Below, piece by piece: positions 53,951 to 62,673 of a stretch of 64,000 nucleotides of DNA. Numbering within the stretch: position 1 is the first letter of the stretch; every line of letters begins with the position of its first letter. A model generated the notes under the pieces. It worked only from the letters and a program-made list of their open reading frames with translations. It was not told the origin of the DNA and ran no database searches. Source of the stretch: Verrucomicrobiota bacterium. Lineage in GTDB: Bacteria > Verrucomicrobiota > Verrucomicrobiia > Chthoniobacterales > UBA10450. The position numbers and the translations under genes are program-made. The DNA lies in contig JBKPMO010000001.1 in NCBI GenBank assembly GCA_046732175.1, positions 11,310 to 75,309 on the forward strand, in the 5' to 3' direction.

Positions 53951-55722
53951 CAGTGTCATCGGAACCCAGGAGCGGCACTGCTACAAGTTTTCGTACGAAG
54001 TTACTGGCAGCGATGATGCTGGTGGTTTCGGCCCTAACGATTGTCGGACTTTATTTCGCGCATCGAAATGTTGCTGCAACGGCTCAGCGCGATCTGAAAC
54101 AAAGTTTTGAAGCCGAGCTTTCATGGTTGCATCGAGTTCAGCAATTACGTAACGCGGCACTGCAGGAACGTTGCCGCCTACTTGCGGCAAAGCCACGTAT
54201 CCACGCTGCGTTAGAAGATAACGCTCTCGATTTGCTTTATCCGAGCGCGAAAGACGAATTGGCGGACCTGATGCAAATTGAACAACAACCGGCCGAACAA
54301 GCGGCCGGCTCGCTCCACGCGAGATTTTATCGGTTTCTCAACGTCGACGGTGCGGTCCTACCGCCGCCGAATCCGCAGGAAGTTGGTGAGCTCGCGCCGG
54401 ACGACGAAAAGCGACTGGCCATGAAAAAGTTACCGGATACGCAGCAGACTGCTTATCTGGCGGAAAAGGGAACCGCTGTGGAACCAGTCGTGGACGAAGT
54501 AATATTCGTCCCGATTTTTTCCAGTGAAACTAACGAGATTATTGCCGCATTAGTGGTGGGGTTCAGGCCCTTCGAGCTGACCGGGGTTCACGCGCGCGCA
54601 GGTATGAGAAGCGGAATCTGGATTAACGGCGCGCTGCGCCTGGCGCTGCACCCGGCGTCTGTGCGAAAGACTCTTGGAGACGAAGTCACACAGGCTATTG
54701 CCGTTGGTGATCGTGCCAAAGGTAGTTTTACCGTTACGGTGAACGGCGATGCCCAACTTTTGTTCTATGAGCGGCTCAATGCCAATTCACTTCTTGCGTC
54801 TGCCTACCAGGTTTGCATCTATCCACTCGCCGATTCGGTTGCTCGACAGCGTCGGCTGAGCTGGCAAATTGGGGGCGCGGGTGTGTTGCTCCTGTTGGGT
54901 GGATTCGTGGCCAGTCGCTTCGTCGCCGGGCGTCTCGCCCAGCCGGTCGAGCAACTCGCGCTCGATTCGGAAGAAAACCGCGCGCAACGCCGCCGTGCAG
55001 AAGCCGCCCTTGAATCCACGAGCGAAGAGTTACAGAGAACAGCACGCTACTCGGCCGATGCTTCTCACCAGTTAAAAAGTCCGGTAACAGTTCTTCGCAC
55101 TGGAATTGAATCATTATTGGCGCGCGAGGACTTCCAACCACAAGTCTACGAAGAACTCTCCGGCCTGCTGCATCAGACACGCCGCTTAACCAGTGTGATC
55201 GATGACTTGCTGCTTTTGTCCCGGATGGATGCCGGTCACCTCAAAATCGATTCGCAACCGGTAAATTTGGGTCGACTGATCGAGGAGTGGCTCGAGGACT
55301 TGGCCGCGCTGCCCGATGCGTTCGAGGTGGCGATCGAGAAGGAATTTCCGCAGTGTTTATTTATTGCGGGCGAGAAACGATATACCTCCCTCATTGTACA
55401 AAACCTCTTGGAAAACGCGCGAAAATACAATCGCCCGGGCGGTCGCATCCGGGTCCTCACGCGAGAGCAGAATAGCGACGTGATCCTGGCAATCGGGAAT
55501 ACCGGGCACCCTATCTCGCCCCTCGCGCAGCAACACATTTTCGAGCGGTTCTGTCATGATTCTGGCACAACCGTGGCCGGCCATGGGCTCGGTTTAAATT
55601 TGGCCCGTGAGCTCGCCCGATTACATGGCGGCGATCTAAAATTGGTTCGATCGGGAAATGATTGGACGGAGTTTGAGGCGCGTTTTCGCACCGCCAAAGC
55701 CGTTCCAAATATAACGAGCTAA
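53947..55722 (+). CDS. Sensor histidine kinase with a large periplasmic domain
   Basis: Two TM segments flank a domain of about 290 aa. H-box SADASHQLKSPV, N box NLLENARKYN, G boxes GNTG and GHGLGLNLAREL. ATGA overlap with the upstream gene. Confidence 0.9.
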   Translation: MTVSSEPRSGTATSFRTKLLAAMMLVVSALTIVGLYFAHRNVAATAQRDLKQSFEAELSWLHRVQQLRNAALQERCRLLAAKPRIHAALEDNALDLLYPSAKDELADLMQIEQQPAEQAAGSLHARFYRFLNVDGAVLPPPNPQEVGELAPDDEKRLAMKKLPDTQQTAYLAEKGTAVEPVVDEVIFVPIFSSETNEIIAALVVGFRPFELTGVHARAGMRSGIWINGALRLALHPASVRKTLGDEVTQAIAVGDRAKGSFTVTVNGDAQLLFYERLNANSLLASAYQVCIYPLADSVARQRRLSWQIGGAGVLLLLGGFVASRFVAGRLAQPVEQLALDSEENRAQRRRAEAALESTSEELQRTARYSADASHQLKSPVTVLRTGIESLLAREDFQPQVYEELSGLLHQTRRLTSVIDDLLLLSRMDAGHLKIDSQPVNLGRLIEEWLEDLAALPDAFEVAIEKEFPQCLFIAGEKRYTSLIVQNLLENARKYNRPGGRIRVLTREQNSDVILAIGNTGHPISPLAQQHIFERFCHDSGTTVAGHGLGLNLARELARLHGGDLKLVRSGNDWTEFEARFRTAKAVPNITS

Positions 55723-55727
55723 AGCTT

Positions 55728-56948
55728 ATGAAGCTGGTGCCCGCGTTGTGCTTTTGTCTTCTCGCCGGTGCCGCGCCAGCCTTCGAAATCGATGAATTGT
55801 TCGATCGTCTTGATGCCGCACTGACGGTTGCTGCTTTTCATGACAATTTTCGTGCGCGGTTAAGCGGCACGATCGACCTCGAAGTTTACAATTTTGAACA
55901 GCCGGCACCAGGTTTAATCGACAGCAGCAGCGACAACCTTTTCAATCCCCGTCTGACATTATTTCTCGACGCCCAGATAGGATCACAAATCTATTTCTTT
56001 ACCCAGGCGCGGCTGGATCGTGGATTCGATCCCAGCGATCAGAGCGTCCAGGTTCGGCTGGATGAATACGCGCTCCGCATCACGCCGTGGGCGGACGGCC
56101 GGTTCACTTTGCAATTGGGAAAGTTCGCCACGGTGGTAGGCAACTGGGTTCCTCGACATTTGTCCTGGGACAATCCTTTCGTCGATGCGCCGTTGGTTTA
56201 CGAAAATATTACCGCCATTAGTGACAAGGTCGCGCCTTATTCAGCATCTGGTTTTATCGTAAGGTTGGAGGCGAAAGGGAAATATGAATTCAATCCAGTC
56301 ATCTGGGGACCCAGTTATGCCACCGGTGTTTCTGTCTCCGGTCGCTTGGGCCAGTTTGATTACGCCGCCGAATTGAAAAACTCGTCACTTTCTTCGCGTC
56401 CGGAATCGTGGAACGCGACCGAAGTGGCTTTTAACCATCCCACTTATAATGCGCGGCTCGGCTTTCGGTCGAATCAAATGTGGAACTTTGGTGTTTCCAT
56501 AAGTGACGGTCCATATTTCCGGCCCGAAGCCGAGTACAGCTTGCCGCCGGGCCGTGACATCGGCGATTATCGGGAATTAGTTCTGGGACAGGACGTAAGT
56601 TTCGCCTGGCATCATCTGCAAGTGTGGGCGGAAGTTTACGAAGCCCGGTTCGAGGTTCCGCGCGTCGGTGACGCGGATACGCTCGCGTATTATTTAGAAG
56701 CGAAGTACAAATTCACTCCGCAATTTTTCGGCGCGCTCCGCTGGAATCAGCAGCTTTTCAGCAAGGTTGACGTCGGCGACGGAGAAAGGAAGCGCTGGGG
56801 CCACGACCTCGGACGGGTCGATATCGCGGCTGCTTATCGTTTTACCTCGCATACGCAGTTGAAGCTGCAATACAGCTTTCAGCAGCAGACCGATGGGCTC
56901 CGCGACAACAACCATCTTTTCGCCGCGCAATTAACGGTGCGCTTTTGA
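55728..56948 (+). CDS. Porin-like outer-membrane beta-barrel protein (family not recognised)
   Basis: Signal peptide MKLVPALCFCLLAGAAPA, alternating amphipathic strands, and a terminal ...AAQLTVRF (aromatic C-terminus typical of OMPs). Confidence 0.65.
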   Translation: MKLVPALCFCLLAGAAPAFEIDELFDRLDAALTVAAFHDNFRARLSGTIDLEVYNFEQPAPGLIDSSSDNLFNPRLTLFLDAQIGSQIYFFTQARLDRGFDPSDQSVQVRLDEYALRITPWADGRFTLQLGKFATVVGNWVPRHLSWDNPFVDAPLVYENITAISDKVAPYSASGFIVRLEAKGKYEFNPVIWGPSYATGVSVSGRLGQFDYAAELKNSSLSSRPESWNATEVAFNHPTYNARLGFRSNQMWNFGVSISDGPYFRPEAEYSLPPGRDIGDYRELVLGQDVSFAWHHLQVWAEVYEARFEVPRVGDADTLAYYLEAKYKFTPQFFGALRWNQQLFSKVDVGDGERKRWGHDLGRVDIAAAYRFTSHTQLKLQYSFQQQTDGLRDNNHLFAAQLTVRF

Positions 56949-57047
56949 GGATTTTTCTCAGGTAACAATGATGTTACGTTTACGATATCGCTTTCTTTCG
57001 CGCCATCCCTGATCGAACTGAATAGAACACACGGTCGCACCTGAAAT

Positions 57048-57737
57048 ATGCACATTCTTGTCGTTGATGATGACGTTCGATTGGCGCGACAGATTTCGTC
57101 GGCGGTGACCGAAGCGGGCCATGATCCGGTTGTGATCCATAATGGCGAAGAAGCTCTGGATAGGGCGGCGGAAAACTCATTCGATTTGATCGTGCTCGAT
57201 ATCGGGTTGCCGCGAATGGATGGCTTTGAAGTGTTGCGTCGCCTGCGTGCTCAACGCGTCGCCAGTCGTGTCCTGGTGCTTACTGCCCGCGGCGAAGTTA
57301 AGGATCGAGTCACCGGATTGCAGCTGGGGGCGGATGATTACTTGCCGAAGCCCTTTGCCATGCAGGAACTGGTAGCTCGCGTACGAGCGCTCGGTCGCCG
57401 CTACGCGGAAGAACCGGCGCTCAGTTTACGAGTCGCCGATCTCACCTTCGACTTGGCCAACCATGAAGTGTTTCGTGAATCACAACGAATCGATTTATCC
57501 GCGCGCGAGTTAATGTTATTGAAGGTCCTTATGCGCGAGCCGGGCCGCGTCTTTACTCGCACTGAATTGTGCGAACGCGTCTGGGAACACGAACACGAAT
57601 ACGACACGAAGCTGGTGGAAGTTTTCATTGGGCGGTTGCGCAAGAAAATTGGCGACCCTCCATTGATTCAGACGGTGCGCCATGTCGGCTACACCATTCA
57701 CCAACCGACCTCACTCTCCAGCGGGCAGCCGAGGTAA
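57048..57737 (+). CDS. OmpR/PhoB-family response regulator
   Basis: Receiver domain (ILVVDDD, DLIVLDIGLP, KPF) plus winged helix (LS.RE..LL..LM...G.V.TR..L.......E.D....VEV.I.RLRKK). Confidence 0.92.
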   Translation: MHILVVDDDVRLARQISSAVTEAGHDPVVIHNGEEALDRAAENSFDLIVLDIGLPRMDGFEVLRRLRAQRVASRVLVLTARGEVKDRVTGLQLGADDYLPKPFAMQELVARVRALGRRYAEEPALSLRVADLTFDLANHEVFRESQRIDLSARELMLLKVLMREPGRVFTRTELCERVWEHEHEYDTKLVEVFIGRLRKKIGDPPLIQTVRHVGYTIHQPTSLSSGQPR

Positions 57738-57877
57738 CGGCGGCGTTACCTTTCGGAAGCAGCGCGCAGCCTGAAATACTGCGATTCTTCAGGTGTGAAG
57801 CGGATGAATAGACGCCCCGCGTTATTAATCAGCGCTTCGATAGTGAACCCCAATACTAAATTAGTTTTGAAAGGAAA

Positions 57878-59047
57878 ATGCGTATGAATGAAGTCGAAAG
57901 TCAAAAGCACTCTGAAGTTGTCAATCTCTCACCCGCGCGACGCGCTGTTCCGCGGCGAACGTTTCTTTGCCGCATGGGCCTGGGTGCGGTTGCGCTCGCT
58001 CCCGGAGCCGCACTATTCAACTCGGCCTCAACAGCGTTCGGCCAAGAGGTTGAGATCGAGAGCGGCATCAGAGCAAGTGATGCCGCTCTGCTCCGGTTCC
58101 CAGCGGCCCTAGAGATACTCGAGGCCGATTTTTGGATCCAATACAACGAACTCGGCGGCGTCCAAGACAGCGAGGTTCCCGGGGGGAGCGGGAATGAAGC
58201 CTACACCGAAGCCATTGAGGTACTCGATGAGGACATGCCAATATATATCCACGACAATACCGATGATGAAATCACTCATCACCGGTTTCTGAACGCGTAC
58301 TTAGTGTCCAAGGGAGCCGCTCCTGCAAATCTTAATCCATTTCGCACTCTGATGGGCAGCACCGCGACCGGGGTCAACCCGAGCAAGATCGGGAAACGGC
58401 TTACAAACCTGACCCAGCTAACGCTCGATACCAGCTGGTGGACCCGCTATCGCGACGGCAGCCATAACCCGGACCTCGATCCAACTCACATCTTTCCGCA
58501 GGCAGTTCCAAGCCTGCATACTGGACAGCATACGGCTATTCCCAGGACCGATAATGATTTGAACAATCCCAAGTTCGTTCAGGCGATGGCCAACACCGCG
58601 GCTTTTCACTTTCCAACCATTGAACAAGGTGGAAACAGCCTCTATCCAGCGCTGGCACTGAGGGCTACCAATGTGCAAGTGTTGCGAATCCTGCTCAGCA
58701 TCGGCCCAACGGAAACCATGCACTTTCAAACATGGTCGGATAAGGCGGGCAATGCGCCTCCTTTAACTGCCGTTGACCCGGTAACGGGTGTTTCAGTGAC
58801 ATTTCCTGATTTGGAAGTCGACAACGAGCTCTTGAACAAGAGCCTGATCATGCCGGAACCGTGCCCGTTCCTGAGTCGAGACCTTCCGCGCTGCTCGATC
58901 ATTCGACCAACCAAGACCCAGGGTGTCGCCATGGGGACACTAAAGTTCCTGACGGAGATGGGGCTTTTCATCGGCCAATCGCCCGCCTTCTTTTCCTACA
59001 TGACTCAGCTGGCGCGGGAAGCAGATGCAGTTCGGCGCGAAATCTAA
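57878..59047 (+). CDS. Tat-exported ferritin-like domain protein
   Basis: Twin-arginine leader PRRTFLCRMGLGAVALAPGAA. LRFPAALEILEADFWIQY and HHRFL, TETMHFQTW resemble ferritin-like (Ferritin_2) four-helix motifs. Confidence 0.65.
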   Translation: MRMNEVESQKHSEVVNLSPARRAVPRRTFLCRMGLGAVALAPGAALFNSASTAFGQEVEIESGIRASDAALLRFPAALEILEADFWIQYNELGGVQDSEVPGGSGNEAYTEAIEVLDEDMPIYIHDNTDDEITHHRFLNAYLVSKGAAPANLNPFRTLMGSTATGVNPSKIGKRLTNLTQLTLDTSWWTRYRDGSHNPDLDPTHIFPQAVPSLHTGQHTAIPRTDNDLNNPKFVQAMANTAAFHFPTIEQGGNSLYPALALRATNVQVLRILLSIGPTETMHFQTWSDKAGNAPPLTAVDPVTGVSVTFPDLEVDNELLNKSLIMPEPCPFLSRDLPRCSIIRPTKTQGVAMGTLKFLTEMGLFIGQSPAFFSYMTQLAREADAVRREI

Positions 59048-59195
59048 AACGGAAATTAAGGGCCAATAAGTCAGCAGAGAATTAGGCAAAGAGCCGCAGG
59101 GTCCGATACTCTGCGGAGTGGGGCGGGTCGTCGCCTCCCTTCCTTGGTATTCCCATCGCGAACTACGTTTCCGGGCAACGCTCGATACAGGATGT

Positions 59196-59384
59196 TTAGA
59201 GGACAGTCGATGGTTTCCGTCGTGGTCTGCTTACCAGTTCGCCACCGCAATTCGGACAAATGCTTTGCATTTCCTCTGAACAAGTTTTGCAAAACGTGCA
59301 TTCGTAGGAGCAAATGTAAGCCTCGCCATCCACGGGAAGCTTGTTCCCGCACTTCTCGCAGGTCGTCCGCATCTCCAGCGCCAT
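59196..59384 (-). CDS. DUF1272 zinc-ribbon protein
   Basis: 62 aa. C.KC......EAYICSYECTFC..C.......CPNCGGEL..RP. Confidence 0.75.
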   Translation of the reverse strand: MALEMRTTCEKCGNKLPVDGEAYICSYECTFCKTCSEEMQSICPNCGGELVSRPRRKPSTVL

Positions 59385-59439
59385 GTTGTCAGTAATCTTG
59401 CCCGGTTTATCCTTTCAAACAATTACCGGCGCAACCGCG

Positions 59440-59880
59440 ATGTACAAAACGAATTCAATTATTATGCAAGCGCCGCGTGCCGAAATCTTCGAGACCGCGG
59501 CAAACCTCGAGAATTGGCCCAACATCCTGCCGCACTACCGTTACATTAAATATTTGGAGCGGGAGGGCGATCGTAACCTCGTGATTATGGCCGCAACCCG
59601 TTCCGGCATTCCAATCTCCTGGACATCTGAGCAGATCATTGATCGCGAAAAAATCGAAGTGCGGTTTCATCACCTGAAAGCTTTCACCAAGGGCATGTTC
59701 GTTGTCTGGACCTTCAAGGAGACGCCCGCCGGCGTTCTCGTCGAAATCGCGCACGACCTGAACTTTCGTGTCCGAGTCCTGGCGCCAGTAATAGAACCGA
59801 TCATCGGCGATTTTTTTATTGGCCACGTCGCCAGTCGCACGCTTCGATGCATGAAAGCGTATTTGGAATCCCGCTGCTGA
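59440..59880 (+). CDS. SRPBCC-family (polyketide cyclase/dehydrase, RatA/COQ10-like) protein
   Basis: Start moved to ATG 59440. I.AP...IF....N.ENWP..LPHY ..... W....I .... F.H.......G.W.F ... pattern. 146 aa. Confidence 0.7.
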   Translation: MYKTNSIIMQAPRAEIFETAANLENWPNILPHYRYIKYLEREGDRNLVIMAATRSGIPISWTSEQIIDREKIEVRFHHLKAFTKGMFVVWTFKETPAGVLVEIAHDLNFRVRVLAPVIEPIIGDFFIGHVASRTLRCMKAYLESRC

Positions 59881-59884
59881 TCAT

Positions 59885-61144
59885 ATGTTCTCAAGCAAAA
59901 ACGGACAGCGTCGTTGCGTTATCACGGGCCTCGGTCCGATCACCTGCATTGGTAAAGGCGTGACTGGCTTTTGGAATGGCATTCTGGCCGAAAAAACCGG
60001 CATCGTTCCAATCTCCAGCTTTGATGCAAGCGCATTCGGAGTCCGAGTGGCTGGCGAGATTCGCGACTGGAATGCGGAAGAGTTCTTTTCCCCGCATCGT
60101 CTGAAGCGGCTCGATCGATATGCGCAATTTGCCGTCGCATCTGCCAAGCTCGCTTTAGACGATGCTGGGCTGGTATGCTCTCGCGAAAAGCCGCAGGACC
60201 ATATCGGGGTGAGTTTCGGCACCGCACTTGGGGGAGTTTGCAAAGCCGAAGAGCAATACATTCGATTTTTGAAAAAAGGCGCTCGCGGCGTTCAGCCGAC
60301 CCTTGCCGTACAGGTCTTTGGAGGCTCAGCCCACTCGAACATCGCGATTGATTTCGGACTTCGCGGAGTCGGCACCACCAATTCAAATAGCTGTGCCAGC
60401 GGCACCGTTTCCGTCGGTGAGGCGCTCCGCTACATTCGCGATGGTTTCGTCGATATCGTCGTCGCTGGGGGAGCGGAAGCACCGCTGACTGGGATTACCG
60501 TCGGTGCGTTTGATATCATCAAAACGATGAGCCGCTGCGAAAATCCCGAAAAAGCCTGCCGGCCGTTCGATAAATTGCGTGACGGCTTCGTCATCGGCGA
60601 AGGCGCCGCTTCTCTTATCGTCGAAGAACTCGAGCATGCGCGCGCACGAGGCGCGAGGATTTATGCGGAGCTCCTCGGTTACAGCCTCAACAACGACGGC
60701 TTTCACATGACGACGCCGTTGCCGAGTGGCGAATCATGCATCCGCGCGATGCGCGAAACTTTGGCTGATGCGAAGCTTGCTCCCGAACAAATCGATTACA
60801 TCAACGCGCACGCCAGTTCCACACAACTGAACGATGCGTCCGAGACCCTCGCGATCAAGGAGGTCTTTGGCGAACACGCGCGAAGAATTCCGGTGAGTGG
60901 AACAAAGGCATTTACATCTCATCCCCTGGGAGCGACCGGCGCGATCGAGGCCACGATTTGCACGCTCGCGCTCGAGCATCAATACGTTCCGCCAACTCTG
61001 CACCGCGAAAATCCTGATGAGGCGTGCGATCTCGATGTCGTTCCGCATCACGGACGCGCTACGAAATTGAATTACGTCATGAGTAACTCGTTTGGGTTTG
61101 GTGGAATCAACGCCTGCGTGATTCTAGGGAAACTGCGCGATTGA
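59885..61144 (+). CDS. Beta-ketoacyl-ACP synthase II-like (FabF/KS-alpha type) condensing enzyme
   Basis: RRCVITGLG, active-site NSCASG, HMTTP, NAHASST, FGFGGINA (Cys-His-His triad). Confidence 0.92.
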   Translation: MFSSKNGQRRCVITGLGPITCIGKGVTGFWNGILAEKTGIVPISSFDASAFGVRVAGEIRDWNAEEFFSPHRLKRLDRYAQFAVASAKLALDDAGLVCSREKPQDHIGVSFGTALGGVCKAEEQYIRFLKKGARGVQPTLAVQVFGGSAHSNIAIDFGLRGVGTTNSNSCASGTVSVGEALRYIRDGFVDIVVAGGAEAPLTGITVGAFDIIKTMSRCENPEKACRPFDKLRDGFVIGEGAASLIVEELEHARARGARIYAELLGYSLNNDGFHMTTPLPSGESCIRAMRETLADAKLAPEQIDYINAHASSTQLNDASETLAIKEVFGEHARRIPVSGTKAFTSHPLGATGAIEATICTLALEHQYVPPTLHRENPDEACDLDVVPHHGRATKLNYVMSNSFGFGGINACVILGKLRD

Positions 61145-61152
61145 TTGTTCTC

Positions 61153-61236
61153 GTCATCCCGAGCGCAGTCGAGGGATCCCGAGAAATTACCTTAAAGCTT
61201 GCGCAACGGGATCCCTCGGCTTGCGCTCCGGAAGAC
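61153..61236. repeat. Palindromic element of the GTCATCCCGAGCG(A/C)AGTCGAGGGATCCC family
   Basis: The left arm at 61153-61180 is 27/28 identical to 46097-46124. The right arm at 61208-61236 is more diverged. The loop is homologous to, but inverted relative to, the 46097 copy. Confidence 0.8.
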
Positions 61237-61251
61237 GCCTATTAGGACGAA

Positions 61252-61989
61252 TCACTCCTCCAACAAGTCGGGCCGATTTTCTCGCGTACGCTTCTTCGAT
61301 TGTTCTTTCCGCCATTTCGCGATCTCGCCGTGATTTCCACACAGCAGAACTTCCGGCACCTTCCATCCGCGGAACTCGGCGGGGCGCGTGTATTGCGGCG
61401 CTTCCAAGCGTCCTTCCCGAAAACTGTCATCGAGCGCGGATTGTTCATCCCCGAGGACACCAGGGATCAATCGCACAATTGCATCTACCAAAACCACGGC
61501 CGCAATTGCACCATTAGTCAGGACATAATCTCCGATGGAAATTTCCTCATCGATCAAATGTTCAACGACTCGATGATCCACGCCTTCGTAATGCCCGCAG
61601 ACGATGATCAAATGCGATTCCGCCGAAAGTTCTCTCGCCAACTCCTGATCAAAGCGCCGTCCCGCCGGTGACATCAAAATCACCTTCGGCTTTCTACTAT
61701 GGATTCCCTTTTGTCCGGCATTCGATGTCTGGCCTTCGGCGTTGGGCGTTTTCTTCTCTAGTTCTTCCACCGCATTGAAAACCGGTTCCACTTTCATCAC
61801 CATCCCCTGCCCTCCGCCAAAAGGGGCATCATCCACCACATGATGTTTGTCGGTCGTCCAATCGCGCAGATTATGAACGTGAAGCTCGAGCGCGCCGTTT
61901 TCCTGCGCCCGTTTCATCATGCTTTCATTGAGCGGGGCTCGGCAGATCTCGGGAAACAGCGTGATGATATCGATTTTCACTGTCGCCAC
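61252..61989 (-). CDS. trmD: tRNA (guanine37-N1)-methyltransferase
   Basis: [44 protein letters not shown] start. Short insert after the first third. Confidence 0.95.
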   Translation of the reverse strand: MATVKIDIITLFPEICRAPLNESMMKRAQENGALELHVHNLRDWTTDKHHVVDDAPFGGGQGMVMKVEPVFNAVEELEKKTPNAEGQTSNAGQKGIHSRKPKVILMSPAGRRFDQELARELSAESHLIIVCGHYEGVDHRVVEHLIDEEISIGDYVLTNGAIAAVVLVDAIVRLIPGVLGDEQSALDDSFREGRLEAPQYTRPAEFRGWKVPEVLLCGNHGEIAKWRKEQSKKRTRENRPDLLEE

Positions 61990-62053
61990 TGTAGCGGCGG
62001 TCTATGACCGCCGGAATCAAAAGAATAACGGCGGTCGCAGACCGCCCCTACAG
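61989..62053. repeat. Double-hairpin REP element immediately upstream of trmD
   Basis: CTGTAG-[CGGCGGTC-tat-GACCGCCG]-gaatcaaaagaataa-[CGGCGGTC-gca-GACCGCC]-c-CTACAG. Confidence 0.8.
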
Positions 62054-62094
62054 AATAACCTCGACCACAGCAGCACGCCAACCAAACCGTGTTC

Positions 62095-62325
62095 TCATTC
62101 GACGATTTCGATCGTGGCGCGCTGATTATGTCGCGCGGCGGCGCTGGTGAGAAGCGCCCGAATTGATTGAATGGTCTGCCCGTTGCGGCCAATGATGCGC
62201 CCGACATCGCTTTGCCTTAGTTGCAGGCGAAAGACCGTCGTTCTGCCTGACGGAATTTCCGTGATGATCGCTTCATCCGGGAACTCGACCAGCTGGCGAA
62301 CCACGAATTCAAGAAATTCGCGCAT
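62095..62325 (-). CDS. KH-domain RNA-binding protein (YlqC/UPF0109)
   Basis: 76 aa. VGRIIGRNGQTI.SIR. Confidence 0.85.
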   Translation of the reverse strand: MREFLEFVVRQLVEFPDEAIITEIPSGRTTVFRLQLRQSDVGRIIGRNGQTIQSIRALLTSAAARHNQRATIEIVE

Positions 62326-62338
62326 AGTCCGCGGATCG

Positions 62339-62611
62339 TTACGCCGGAGCCACCTCGGGCGCGTCCGCAGCCCGTTTCTTATTTTTCTTGATCAGGCTGC
62401 GAACCGTATCCGACGGCTGAGCACCACGTGCCAGCCAGTGCTCGATGCGATCGAGCTTGAGGGTGCTGTTGTGCCCCTGCTTTTTCGGATCGTAGGTGCC
62501 GACGAGCTCAAGAAATTTGCCATCGCGCGGGCTGCGTTTGTCGGCCACTACCACTTTATAATAAGGACGATTGAGCGCCCCTTCTCTGCGGAGTCGAATT
62601 GAAACTGCCAT
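62339..62611 (-). CDS. rpsP: 30S ribosomal protein S16
   Basis: MAVSIRLRR.G....P.Y..VVAD.RS.RDG.F.E..G.Y.P. Confidence 0.95.
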   Translation of the reverse strand: MAVSIRLRREGALNRPYYKVVVADKRSPRDGKFLELVGTYDPKKQGHNSTLKLDRIEHWLARGAQPSDTVRSLIKKNKKRAADAPEVAPA

Positions 62612-62673
62612 CTTGGAAAGCGTTAAGAGGTTAAAAGGATTACAATGTTACAGCGGGAAGCGCCAGGATCAAT

